From positions 75,454,001 to 75,518,000 of the forward strand of contig CM069131.1 of the NCBI GenBank assembly GCA_035221665.1: DNA of 64,000 nt, written 5' to 3'. The stretch's first letter is position 1, and every line of letters begins with the position of its first letter. The notes below the pieces were generated by a model. It did not search any database, had not been told where the DNA came from, and was given only the letters and a program-made list of their open reading frames with translations. The position numbers and the translations under genes were made by a program. Positions 10,275 to 22,360 of the stretch are shown one piece after another. Source of the DNA: Okamejei kenojei. Taxonomy: Eukaryota.

Positions 10275-12690
10275 ATGAGAGAGCAGGCTATTCTAGACTG
10301 GGTATTGAGTAATGAGGAAGGGTTAGTTAGCAGTCTTGTTGTGCGTGGTCCCATGGGCAAGAGTGACCATAATATGGTTGAGTTCTTCATTAGGATGGAG
10401 AGTGACATAATTAATTCAGAAACAAGGGTTCTGAACTTAAAGAAAGGTATGAGACGTGAATTGGCCAAGATAGACTGGCAATTGATTCTTAAAGGGTTGA
10501 CAGTGGATGTGCAATAGAAGGCATTTAAAGACTGCATGGATGAACGACAACAATTGTTCATCCCAGTTTGGCAAAAGAATAAATCAGGGAAGGTAGTGCA
10601 TCCGTGGATAACAAGGGAAATCAGGGATAGTATCAAAACAAAAGATGAAGCATACAAATTAGCCAGAAAACAACCTACCAGAGGACTGGGAGAAATTCAG
10701 AGTCCAGCAGAGGAGGACAAAGGGATTAATTAGGAAAGGGAAAATAGATTATGAAAGAAAACTGGCAGGGAACATAAAAACTGACTGCAAATGTTTTTAT
10801 AGATATGTGAAAAGAAAAAGATTAGTTAAAACAAATGTAGGTCCCTTGCAGTCAGAAACAGGTGAATTGATCATGGGGAACAAGGACATGGCGGACCACT
10901 TGAATAATTACTTTGGTTCTGTCTTCACTAAGGAAGACATAAATAATCTGCCGGAAATAGCAGGGGACTGGGGGTCAAATAAGGTGGAGGAACTGAGTGA
11001 AATCCAGGTTAGCCGGGAAGTGGTGTTGGGTAAATTGGATGGATTAAAGGCCGATAAATCCCCAGGGCCAGATAGGCTGCATCCCAAAGTACTCAAGGAA
11101 GTAGCCACAGAAATAGTGGATGCATTAGTGATAATTTTTCAAAACTCTTTAGATTCTGGAGTAGCTCCTGAGGATTGGAGGGTAGCTAATGTAACCTCAC
11201 TTTAAAAAAAAGGAGGGAGAGAGAAAACGGGGAATTACAGACCAGTTAGTCTAACATCAGTAGTGGGGAAACTGCCAGAGTCAGTTATTAAAGATGAGAT
11301 AGCAGCATATTTGGAAAGTGGTGAAATCATTGGACAAAGTCAGCATGGATTTACGAAAGGTAAATCATGTCTGACGAATCTTATAGAATTTTTTGAGGAT
11401 GTAACTAGTAGAGTGGATAAGGGAGAACCAGTGGATGTGTTATATCTGGATTTCAGAAGGCTTTCGACAAGGTCCCACATAAGAGATTAGTATACAAACT
11501 CAGTATTGATGTGGAAGGGAACTGGCTGGCAGACAGGAAGCAAAGGGTAGGAGTAAACGGGTCCTTTTCAGAATGGCAGGCAGTGACTAGTGGGGTACCG
11601 CAAGGCTCAGTGCTGGGACCCCAGCTATTTACAATATATATTAATGATTTGGACGAGGGAATTGAATGCAACATCTCCAAGTTTGCGGATGACACGAAGC
11701 TCGGGGGCAGTGTTAGGTGTGAGGAGGATGCTAGGAGGCTGCAAGGTGACTTGAATAGGCTGGGTGAGTGGGCAAATGCATGGCGGATGCAGTATAATGT
11801 GGATAAATGGGAAGTTATCCACTTTGGTGGCAAAAACAGGAGGGTAGACTATTATCTGAATGGTGGCCGATTAGGAAAAGGGGAGATGCAATGAGACCTG
11901 GGTGTCATGGTACACCAGTCATTGAAAGTAGGCAGGGTACACAAAAAGCTGGAGAAACTCAGCGGGTGCAGCAGCATCTAAGGAGCGAAGGAGATAGGCG
12001 ACGTTTCAGGTCGAGACCCTTCTTCAGACTGCCAGTGATTGAAAGTAGGCATGCAGGTGCAGCAGGCAGTGAAGAAAGCGAATCGTATATTAGAATTCAT
12101 AGCAAAAGGATTTGAGTATAGGAGCAGGGAGGTTCTACTACAGTTGTACAGGGTTTTGGTGAGACCACACCTGGAGTATTGCGTACAGTTTTGGTCTCCA
12201 AATCTGAGGAAAGACATTCTTGCCATAGAGGGAGTACAGAGAAGGTTCATCAGACTGATTCCTGGGATGTCAAGACTTTCATATGAGGAAAGGCTGGATA
12301 GACTCGGCTTGTACTCGCTAGAATTTAGAAGATTGAGGGGGGATCTTATAGAAACTTACAAAATTCTTAAGGGGTTGGACAGGCTAGTTGCAGGAAGATT
12401 GTTCCCGATGTTGGGGAGGTCCAGAACAAGGGGTCACAGTTTAAGGATAAGGGGGAATTCCTTTAGGACCGAGATGAGGAAAACATTTTTCACACAGAGA
12501 GTGGTGAATCTCTGGAATTCTCTGCCACAGAAGGTAGTTAAGGCCAGTTCATTTGCTATATTTAAGAGGGATTTAGATGTGGCCCTTGTGGCTAAAAGGA
12601 TCAGGGGGTATGGAGAGAAGGCAGGTACAGGATACTGAGTTGAATGATCAGCCATGATCATATTGAATGGCAGTGCAGGCTCGAAGGCTT
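10275..12690 (+). mobile_element. Long CR1 LINE ORF2 remnant (end of APE endonuclease, RT, 3' end), frameshifted
   Basis: ORFs 10275 (ILDWVLSN...GKSDHNMVEF), 10807 (KSPGPD.LHP.VLKE), 11263 (QHGFTKGKSCLTNL), 11511 (PQGSVLGP, FADD) and 12039. Confidence 0.93.
11935..12031 (-). mobile_element. 97-nt Penelope hammerhead mini-element inserted in CR1
   Basis: 20-bp TSD ccagt(c/g)attgaaagtaggca at 11915-11934 and 12032-12051. Hammerhead motif at 12000-12027 on the - strand. Confidence 0.88.
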
Positions 12691-13234
12691 CTAGAATCTG
12701 GACCACGTTCAGAAGACATATACACCAGAAAAATATTTCACCACTTGTATCTGCAGAATTCTCCAAATGCACTGGAAGGATAAGTGCATCAATGTGAAAA
12801 TCCTCTCGCAGGACAACATCCACAGTAATGAGTTACTCATTGAACTAATCACATCCCAGAAATTAAGAAACAGTTGGACAGGTACATGGATTGGACAGGT
12901 TTGGAGGGATATGGACCAAATGTGGGCTGGTGGAACTAGTGTAGCTGGGACATGTTGGCAGGTGTGGGCAAGTTGGGCTGAAGGGCTTGTTTTCACACTG
13001 TATCACTCTATGAAGCCAATTTTCTATCCAGTCAGCTAGCTCTCCACGGATCCCAAGCAATCTAACCTTCCAGAGCAGACTACCACGTGGATCCTAATCA
13101 AATGCTTTGCTGAAGTCCATGTAGACAATGCCTACAGCTTTGCCCTCACCAACTTTTTTTGGTTACAACAGGTAAGGTTAGAAGAATCAAATGGAATCTT
13201 TGGGGACAGACACTAAATGCTGGAGACACAAAAT

Positions 13235-13475
13235 GCAATCAAGTCAAGTGAGTTTATTGTCATGTGTCCCTGATAGGACAATGAAATTCTTGCTTTGCTT
13301 CAGCACAACAGAACATAGTAGGCATTGACTACAAAACAGATCAGTGTGTCCATATATCATTTTATATATATACATACACCCATGAATAAATAAACTGATA
13401 AAGTGCAAATAACAGATAACGGGTAATTAATGATCAGAGTTTTGTCCGAGCCAGGTTTAATAGCCTGACGGCTGT
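13235..13475 (-). mobile_element. Rex1/Babar-type LINE 3' tail
   Basis: caagtcaagtgagtttattgtcatgtgtccc...caatgaaattcttgc is the reverse complement of the tail at 38290-38345. Confidence 0.7.
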
Positions 13476-13599
13476 TATCAAATAGGTATCTTGGATGTCA
13501 GGAGCCAAACTGTAGCTCCACCGATACCAGTGGATGTCAAACTATGTGACACCTGTGACGGTCATAAGCTGAGATGCTCCAACTTTGGCGAACCAGTGC

Positions 13600-14250
13600 A
13601 GCTTTGAGCGCAGCGCTACCGCACTGCAGAGACTGGGCAGGAGGCGGAGCCGGGGCTGGGGAGTTGTCGGCAGCAGCAGCAGCTGAAAAGGATCAGAGGT
13701 GAACTGGAGTCGCAGAAAGGTGCGGCCATGGTATTGGGTTTGATGAGTCTAGTGTTGGAGCTGGTGACAATGGTGAGCAGCTCCTGGACAGTGCTGCCCG
13801 CGGCTCTCGTCGTGGCCTTGGCCACTTGGATGTGGTGGAACAGAGGCAGGAGCCGGGAGGAGCCGGAGCCGGAGCCGGAGACCGAGACCCCGACCCCGGG
13901 CGCTGCCGCCGCCGCCGCCGGCAGTGCAGCCAGAGGCAGGGACCGGGACCGGGACCGGGGCCGGGGCGGGCTCCCTGGCAACGGCGCTGCAGGTAAAACC
14001 ACGACTAATACAACGCGTTTTAAAACACTGCGAGTACGAAGCCAAAGCGCGAAAGACTGGAAACGCTCAACAGGTCAGGCAACACCCGCGCAGAGGATCG
14101 GTGACATTTCAAACGTTGACCCCAAGTCGCTTTCCAGAGGTGCTGCCGGACCAACTCAATGCCTCTCTGTTGCAGCGTGTCCGGCCGGCTCACGCCGAAG
14201 GCTGTGTCCAGCCCAGACTACTGGGGTTCTCCAGACTGCCTCGCAAGAGA
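13600..14250. promoter_or_regulatory. CpG-rich island over STBD1 exon 1 (probable promoter/TSS region)
   Basis: Sharp local rise in GC content and CpG density against the AT-rich flanks; contains the Kozak context GCGGCCATGG at 13722-13731. Confidence 0.7.
13728..13992 (+). CDS. STBD1: Starch-binding domain-containing protein 1, coding exon 1 (hydrophobic membrane anchor)
   Basis: Strong Kozak ATG; WTVLPAALVVALATWMWW hydrophobic segment; donor CAG|GTAAAA in phase 1 matches the exon 2 acceptor. Confidence 0.88.
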
Positions 14251-14649
14251 GCTGCAAACAACGTGGTTGAGCTTTCACAAGCTCCACATTTCTCCCCATT
14301 TCTCCCCATTTCAGTGACTGAACAGACTCCCTCCCCCCACACCCATGTGTGTCTCTGCCTTTGCCATGTTTCCTCCCCCTCTTCCTCTCTGTCCCTGCAA
14401 GGAGCGGTTACAGTTGGTTTGCTGAAGGAACTTCGCCATTGTTGCGCAAAAAAGTGCGACACTGCGCTTATTTAGGAAACAAAACAACAGCTTTTGACAG
14501 TATTTGGCGCTTATTGTACCGATTACTTCCACTGGTTTATATTTATTTGATTTCTGTGACTGAACGGTTGCTCAGTTGTGGAAACAACCGGAACCCACAG
14601 ACCAGCGGTGTGAAATTCAACCCACTCTGGAATACAACCCGCAGAAACA

Positions 14650-15935
14650 AATATAGACAATAGGTGCAGGAGTAGGCCATTCGGCCCTTCGAGCCAGCAC
14701 CGCCATTCAATATGATCACAGCTGATCATCCAAAATCACTATTCTGTTCTGGATTTTTCTCCTATATCCCTTGGTACTAAGAGCTAAATCTAACTATCTT
14801 GAAAACATTAAGTGAATTGGCCTCCACTGCCTTCTTTTGCAGAGAATTCCACAGATTCACACCTCTGGGAGATTTTTTTCCTCATCTCAGTCCTTCCTTG
14901 TTCTGGACTCTCCCAACATTGGATTTTTTTCCCCTGCATCTACCCTGTCCAATCCTCTAAGAATGTTATATGTTTCTATACGTTTCTAAATTCCAGTGAA
15001 TACAAGCCCAGTTGACCCATTCTTTCATCATAAAGTCCCGCCATCCTGGGAATTAACCTGGTGAACCTTTGCTGCACTCTCTCAATTGCAATAATGTCCT
15101 TCCCCAAATTAAGAGACCAAAATTGCACACAATACTCCAGGTGTGGTCTCACCAGGGCCCTGTACAACTGCAGCAGGACCTCCTTGCTCCTAAACTCAAA
15201 TCCTCTTGCAATGAAGGCCAATATGCCATTAGCTTTCTTCACTGCCCGCTGTACCTGCATGCTTGCTTTCAGTGACTTTTACTAGAATGTTGCCAGGGTT
15301 CCAGCAACTATGTTACAGAGAAAGGTTGAACAAGTTAGGTCTTTATTCTTTGGAGCGCAGAAGGTTAAGGGGGGACTTGATTGAGGTCTTTAAAATGATG
15401 AAAGGGATAGACAGAGTTGACGTGGATACGTTTTTCCCATTGAGGGTAGGGAAGATTCAAACAAGAGGGCATGACATGAGAATTAAGGGACAGAGGTTTC
15501 GGGGTAACGTGAGGGGGAACTTCTTTACTCAGAGGGTGGTGGCTGTGTGGAATCAGCTTCCAGCAGAAGTGGTGGAGGCAGGATCGATTTTAACATTTAA
15601 GAGTAAAGTGGATAGGTATATGGACATGAAGGGAATGGAGGGGTATGGTCTGAGTGCAGGTAGATGGGACTAGGGGAAAACAAATGGTCGGCACGGACTG
15701 GAAGGGCCGAGAGGGCCTGTTTCCGTGCTGTAATTGTTATATGGTTATATGGTTATATGTACAAACACACCCAGGTGTCGTTGCACCTCCCCTTCTCCTA
15801 ATCTGACACCATTCAGATAATAATCTGCCTTCCTGTTCTTGCCACCAAAGTGGATAACCTAATTTATCCCCATTATACTGCATCTGCCATGCTTCTGCCC
15901 ATTCACCCAACCCATCCAAGTCCTCCTCGCAACTC
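14650..15935 (-). mobile_element. CR1 fragment in the STBD1 intron, interrupted by a second CR1
   Basis: ORF 14976..15260 ([13 protein letters not shown]); the element resumes at ~15760 (WAEAWQMQYN). Confidence 0.85.
15278..15758 (+). mobile_element. CR1 3' end (different subfamily) nested in the previous element
   Basis: ORF 15263..15673 FTRMLPG...RGDLIEVFK...FFTQRVV; (atatggtt)n tail. Confidence 0.85.
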
Positions 15936-16174
15936 GTACTGCAACCTTGCTCTAATGATAATAATTGGCAACAGTTCATGGGAGCGATTTTGATCATGAG
16001 CTGCAACAGTTTGAACTCCACATTTATGAATCGGTTCAGACAACAGATTATTCAGTGTTGCAGGAGCGAATAAGGTTTGGCAACAGATCAGGTCGGCGAG
16101 TCCAGCCGCTTCCTTCGAGGAGGCGTATCTGTCTGTCCGTGTCTGTCTGTGCCAGAACAACGCCAGTCCTGAGT

Positions 16175-16650
16175 CATAGATTAGATTAATATAGTGTAGA
16201 AACAGGCCCAACTTGCACACACTGGCCAACAATGTCCCAGCTACCCTAGTACCACTTGCCTGTGCTTGGTCCATATCCCTCCAAACCTGTCCTATCCATG
16301 TACCTGTCCAACTGTTTCTTAAACGATGGGATAGACCCAGCCACAACTACCTCCTCTGGCATACACTCGCCACCCTCTGTGTGGAAAAAGTTACCTTGCG
16401 GGTTCCTATTAAATCTTTTCCCCTTCACCTTGAACCTATGTCCTCTGGTCCTTGATCCCCTACTATGGGTAAAAGACTCTGTGCATCTACCCGATCTATT
16501 CCTCTCATGATTTTGTGTACCTCCATAAGATCTCCCTTCATCCTCCTACGCTCCATGGGATAGAGACCCAGCCAATTCACCTCTCCCTCACATAGCTCTA
16601 GTGACAACCTCTAGTTCTGGCAACATCCTCATAAAGACTGTCTATATTCT
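16175..16650 (-). mobile_element. CR1 3' fragment
   Basis: ORFs 16246..16428 and 16425..16607 (GLYPMERRRMKGDLMEVHKI). Confidence 0.8.
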
Positions 16651-17201
16651 GCTCTAGGGCCAACTAATACTGAACCAACACTCCCTCACAAAGAAATATT
16701 TGCAAATTGAAAGAATTCACTGGCTAATTGTTGAAGAGTTTAAATGTTAAACTGCGCACATTGCTGAAATTAGAATATGAACCCAATATTGTATCTGGGC
16801 AAACCCCACAAAGATTCGAGCATCAGATAAAACTGTGGCTGTCTGGACCAATTAGAACTGTTGCCAGTTGTCAAGAGGTTATTGTTAATGTTCTAACACT
16901 CCACTATTACAGTGCTCTTCCCTCAAGACACAGCTCTCTTTAACAGGTACTGTCTGGGAAACTAATTTTTGATACTAAGGCAAGCAGTCCATTATTCTTA
17001 AACAAGTTACCGTAGCATTTGTTTTCAGTAGATATTCTTGACCAGGACCTATTTGTTTAAATGCCTTGATTCAATTGGAACAATATTTGTCTTGACTTTT
17101 TTGGGTGGGGAAACTAAGGATTTTGAAAACCTCCATCTGTTTGCAAGTGATTATGTGGTTAAAATATTAATGGATTTAACATGTGGTCTCTCTTTTCACA
17201 G

Positions 17202-18130
17202 TTAAAACTGATATTGAACGGGATAATTTACTTGAGTTCAAAGAAAGAACCGAGTTAAAAATTGGTGTGCAGTCATCTTCATTTAAACAGAAATCTGTTG
17301 ATTTGGAGTCTAAAGACATTTTGGACACTATGGTCAGCGATCAGAGGGAAAATGACTTTGTTTCTGAACTATCAACGAAGCAAGATTCTGCTGCTGAACA
17401 GATAAGTGACAAGATGCAAATTGAGCCCATAACTCAACCAACGAGTGGTGGGGAACGTCCTGTCCATAATGCACACTTCACTGAGTATAGCTTGGGACAG
17501 GAAAATAAACACGTTTGTGAAAAACTGAAGCCAATTCCGAGTACTGAAGAGGTGTTCAACCAATATGAGCTTGGAGACAAAGCTTTGGATCTTTCTTCAG
17601 CGGTTGAACAGAAATTTGGTGGTACTGAGAGTCGTCTCCTTATTCAGACTAATAAAGACGGCAGTGAGACTAATGCTGATGTGCCTAGTAACTTGAATAT
17701 CATTGAAACTAAAATGGAACAAGACAAAAGAAAAAGCATTAAGTTGGTTTTGAAAGATGAATCCGAAAGAACAGCTGCAAGCTTGGAATCTGAAAATATA
17801 CCCAAGAAAGTTGCTGCAGTTTCCCCTTTGCCTGTTAATAATGTCTCAGTGAGTTTTAATGTTCACTATGTTACCTGCTCAAATTCTCAGATCCTTGCAG
17901 TGACAGGCAGCCATGAGTGCCTGGGACAGTGGGAGAATTATGCCCCATTGAAACCGGACAAGGATGGATTCTGGTCTAATTCTATCCTGCTCCCAGTGAA
18001 TTTAAAATTTGAGTGGAAATATGTGGTGGTGGAAAATGGTAAGATCTGGCGATGGGAGGAATGCCCGAATAGATGGCTGGAGACCAGCCATGAAGATATG
18101 GAAATGTATCAATGTTGGGGTTACCCCTGA
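17202..18130 (+). CDS. STBD1: STBD1 coding exon 2 (acidic linker and C-terminal CBM20 glycogen-binding domain)
   Basis: Acceptor ctctcttttcacAG|TT in phase 1. C-terminus VSFNVHYVT...LAVTGSHECLGQW...GFWS...FEWKYVVVENGKIWRWEECPNRWL is a CBM20. KKVAAVSPLP precedes it as in STBD1. Two-exon structure and position next to CCDC158 agree. Spliced CDS is 1194 nt (397 aa). Confidence 0.93.
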
Positions 18131-18160
18131 GTCCCTCAACAGAAGTTAGTTACAGCAGAA

Positions 18161-18564
18161 TGTTAAAGAAGGAACTGTAGATGCTGGAGAATCAAGGGTA
18201 CACAAAAGGCTGGAGAAACTCAGCGGGTGCAGCAGCATCTAAGGAGCGAAGGAGATAGGCGACGTTTCGGGTCGAGACCCTTCTTCAGACTGGTCAGGGA
18301 AACGAGAGATATCGACGGTGATGTGGAGAGATAAAGAACAATGAATGAAAGATATGCAAAAAAGCCATTGTTCCCTTTATCATCGATACTTTTTTGCATA
18401 TCTTTCATTCATTTTTCTTTATCTCTCCAAATCACTGTCGATATCTCTCGTTTCCCTGATCCCTGACCAGTCTGAAGAAGGGTCTCGACCCGAAACGTCG
18501 CCTATCTCCTTCGCTCCTTAGATGCTGCTGCACCCGCTGAGTTTCTCCAGCCTTTTGTGTACCC
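18161..18564. mobile_element. Penelope pLTR fold-back insertion in the STBD1 3' UTR
   Basis: Inverted arms 18194-18364 and 18389-18566, a 33-nt tail at 18161-18193, and a 15-bp TSD ttagttacagcagaa at 18146-18160 and 18565-18579. Confidence 0.92.
18472..18499 (+). ncRNA. Minimal hammerhead ribozyme motif, sense to STBD1 mRNA (antisense twin at 18261-18288)
   Basis: CTGAAGA A GGGTC TC GACCC GAAAC GTC. Confidence 0.7.
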
Positions 18565-19015
18565 TTAGTTACAGCAGAAGGCAGCTGTAATGCACTGATT
18601 GATATTGCAGGACGGAGCTGAAGTTGAGCTTTGTTCATTAAACTTTTCCCTTCCTCAAATAAGGAAGACTAATTCCTGCTGTTACCCAACTCTTCTCACA
18701 GGCTCAACTGGTTTAATAAGAGTCTGCTGTATCTTCCCCATTTATTTCTGTACTTCAATTTTTAGATTAATAACTTGTCGGCATTTTCACAGCTTGAAGT
18801 CCAGGCTGCTTAATGGTAACTATTTACTGCTTTCTGCAAGTATCTTAACTGTCATCTCCTTTCTTTACCAGAGGACAGTTCCTGTAGTAACTTAGCTAGG
18901 GCAATAAGTATAAAATATTCGGATGGTTATTTGTTACTGATTAATATGTACAAGACCACAAACCTAATTTTTAAATCTGTATTGTCAGAAATGATTTCAA
19001 TTAAAGATGAATTTC

Positions 19016-19021
19016 AATAAA
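19016..19021 (+). terminator. Candidate STBD1 polyadenylation signal
   Basis: First AATAAA I found after the stop codon; an ATTAAA lies at 19000-19005. Confidence 0.5.
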
Positions 19022-19439
19022 TACTTTTGGATGAAGTGGTATTGAATATTTATTAAATTTCCAGACTCTCGTGTGTAAAATGCTTTGGTATGCAGTGAAA
19101 GGTGGAACTAACTGAATACAATTTGTATGTAATCAGTTTGAGCATAAATGGAGCAATAGTCTTGTAGCTTTAAAGGGAAAGATCAATTGATGTTGGCTCG
19201 TTTCCATCTCTACCTGAAGAAATGCTTGAACTATAATTATTAAGACTTGCACTTGTGAATATTGATGTGGGTCATTTGACTATATTGCAAAATATTTGTG
19301 ATATTTTGATACTAGTTGTAAATACAATTTTCCTACCAAACCTCAATGGAAATGGTTGAAGTTGAAATCTGTCTGAGCTTGATCAGAATTTATTTCACAT
19401 GACAGTGCTTTACATGGGTGCTACGATAGTTTTGAATGC

Positions 19440-21195
19440 ATAAGTTTATTGGCTAAGTATGTACATGTACTACAAATTTGCCTTGGTGCTCTGCTCGCAA
19501 GTAACAACACGACATGCAGTAACATTAAATGACACATGAAACATTAAAAATAAAACATTACAGTTTAAACAAGTGAATTAAATAAATACCAGAGCAAAAT
19601 GATGCCACAGATGTTTGGTTATTGAGTACTATCAATTCAACTGCCAACTGTGTCACCTCCTGTCTGTAGGCAGATCCTTCCCATCCTGGATCAGTCCAAT
19701 CAGGGTTGTGTCATCCACAAACTTGAGATGCCTGTGGAGGTGCAGTTGGTGTAGAGAGAATAAAGGAGAGGAGGGAGTACATAGCCTTGCGGTGCTCCTA
19801 TGCTGAGGGTTTGCGGTTCCGAGATGTGCTTTCCCAACCACACATGCAGCATCCTGTCTGTCAGGAAGCTGGTGATCCACCGACAGAGGGGTTCAGGCAC
19901 AGTCAACTTGGAGAGCTTGGAGTGTCATAGCTCTGGCACAATGGTGTTGAATGCAGAGCTAAAATCAATAAAAAATCCTTGGAAAGGTCCCCTGGCGGTC
20001 TAGGTGCTGGAGGATGATGTGCAGGCCTAGGTTGACTGCGTCATCCACAGATCTATTTGGCCGGTATGCAAACAGCAGGGGGTTTGTGATATTGTTCAGG
20101 TGGGCCAGCACGAGTCTTTCAAGGGTCTTCATGACTACAGAGAGTGCAACAGGCCTGTAGTCATTAATACCAGCAATCCTTGCCTTTCGGGGTGCAGGGA
20201 CAATAGTGGGGACATTGAAACAGGCAGGGACGGTACAGGTTTGCAGGGACTGGTTGAAAAATGTCCGTGTAGACCAGTGCAAGTTGTTCGGCACAGAGCC
20301 TGTGGGTAGAGGGAGAAACATTGTTCGGTCCTGGAGATTTCCGGCTTTTCTGTCTCCTGAATAGATTTTCCACATCCTCATTTGGTATTGTTAATGATGG
20401 AGAAGTGGCCAGACTGATGTTGGGCAGCACAGTCAGGCTGTAAGTGGGTGTGAAGTGGTGCTTGGGGAGGAGTGGGTGGGGGAGGGTCCAGTCTTTGCTG
20501 ACTGGAGTTGGGCTGTGAGTAGATGTGAAGTGTTGGTTGAGAAGGGGTTACCAGGGTTCAGTTTCTGTTTATCAAACCTGCAATAGAACCCGTGCAGGTC
20601 ATTGGTCAGCTGACAATTGTCCAAAGAGCAGGGAGCTTTCCTCTTGTAGCTGGTGATTTCTTGCAAGCTCTTCCAAACTGAAGAAGTCATTAGCTGAGAA
20701 CTTGCTCCTCGACTTCCCAGAGTACCTTTCCTTGGCAGCTCTGATTCCTCTTCTCAGCTTGTACTTGGCCTGCCTGTAGAGGTCTGCATCCCCGCTCCTG
20801 TAGGCCTCATCTTTAGACTGGCGGAGCTGTCTGAGTTCCGCTGTAAACCAGGGCTTGTCATTGTTGAACCTGACCTGGGTCCTAGTGGGAATGCAACTGT
20901 CCTCACAAAAGCTGACATATAATGCTACAGTGTCTGTATATTCATTGAGGCTTGTGGTTGCTTCCCTGAACACATTCCAATCCGTGCAGTCAAAGCAGGA
21001 CTGTAGGTTTTCAATGCCCTCACTTGTCTACCTTTTCATTTTTCTGACCACAAGTCTAGCAGAGTTTAGTTTCTGCCTGTAGGTTGGAATAAGGTGAACT
21101 AAACAATGATCAGAGCCGCCCGGGGAACAGAGCGATATGTGTTCTTGATTGAAGTGTAGCAGTGATCGAGTGTTCTCTCCCCTCTGATGGGGCAG
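19440..21195 (-). mobile_element. Rex1/Babar-type LINE ORF2 remnant
   Basis: SDHCLVHLIPTYRQKL, NDKPWFTAELRQLR, NDYRPVALSVVMKTLERLVL...FAYRPNRSVDDAV, GAPQG and KFVDDTTLIGLI. Confidence 0.85.
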
Positions 21196-21199
21196 AGAT

Positions 21200-22360
21200 G
21201 CAATACTCAAAATTCTGGCAAGTGCTATAAAGCTGCACCATGACTTCCTGACTCTTCTGCTTAATGCCCTGATCAATGAACAAGCATAACATATGCCCCT
21301 TTACCATTCGACTTCTGCTGCCACTTACAGGGAGTTAGGGCCTTGGACCTCAATGTTCCTCTGAATGTCAATGCAATGAAGGGTCATGCATTCATTGTAT
21401 ATTCCCCCCTGGTTTTCAACCCTGCAACATCTCACACTTGGCTGGATTAAACTCCATTCTGCCATCTTGCTGCCTATTCCTGTAGCTGATCTATATCCTG
21501 CTGTATGCTTTGATAGACTTGCCCAGTCCATGACCCGAGCAATCCTTGTGTCATCTGCAATGCATATTTATCCCAAACATCACAAATCCCTGCAGAACTG
21601 CACTGGTCACAGATCTCCAGCCTGAATATTGTCCTTCCATCACAACCCTGTCCTCTATCAGGAAGTTGGTTTTGAATTTATATTTAATAAGTTGCTATTA
21701 ATCCTGGGCTTCGTAATCTGGATCAGTCTATCATGGGAAATGTCATTAAATACTTTATTAAAATCCATGCAGACAACATCCACCACCATATCTTCTTCCA
21801 TCACCTTTGTCACCTATTTAAAAAAACTCAATTAGGTTAGTAAGGCATGGCCTGATGCTGACTGTTCATAATTAAGCCATGCTCTTCTAAATGGGAGTAA
21901 ATCCTATCCTAAATCTCTCCATGAGCTTCCCAACCACTGATGTGAGACTCACTGGGCTGTCATTCCCTGCATTTCCACTATTTCCCTTCTTAAACAACAT
22001 CGGCTATTCTGCAATCCTCTGGGACATTACCCCTGGCGATAGAATTTGCAAAGATCATTGTCAAGACTCCTGCATCTCCTCCCTTATCTCATAACCTGGG
22101 GATTTAACCACCTTCCTGCTCTTTGAGCCCATCACCACCTTGTCAAGCTGTCCTTGCATATTAGTGTTCTCCACTCTGATATCACTGTCCTCCATGTCGT
22201 CTTTGGTGAAAACAGATGCAAAGTACTTGTTTAGTACATTGCCTACATTCCCTGACCAAGCACAAATACCCTCCATTATCCTTGAGCAGCCCTATCTTCT
22301 CCCTGGTTGCCCTTTTTTTAATGTAGGTAAAACAAAACCCTGGTTTTCCTTAATCTGATA
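21200..22360 (-). mobile_element. Old, degenerate CR1 remnant
   Basis: Fragments such as VLNKYFASVFTKDD and RPVSLTSVVGKL, plus the ...KKSQEVMVQLY region. Confidence 0.65.

Noticed and set aside
13993-14270. Continuation of ORF 13728..14270 past the donor site
   Set aside because: This is intron read-through; the phase-matched splice to 17202 yields the CBM20 protein.
15965-16189. 74-aa ORF in the STBD1 intron as a possible extra exon
   Set aside because: No recognisable homology and no convincing phase 1-1 splice pair.
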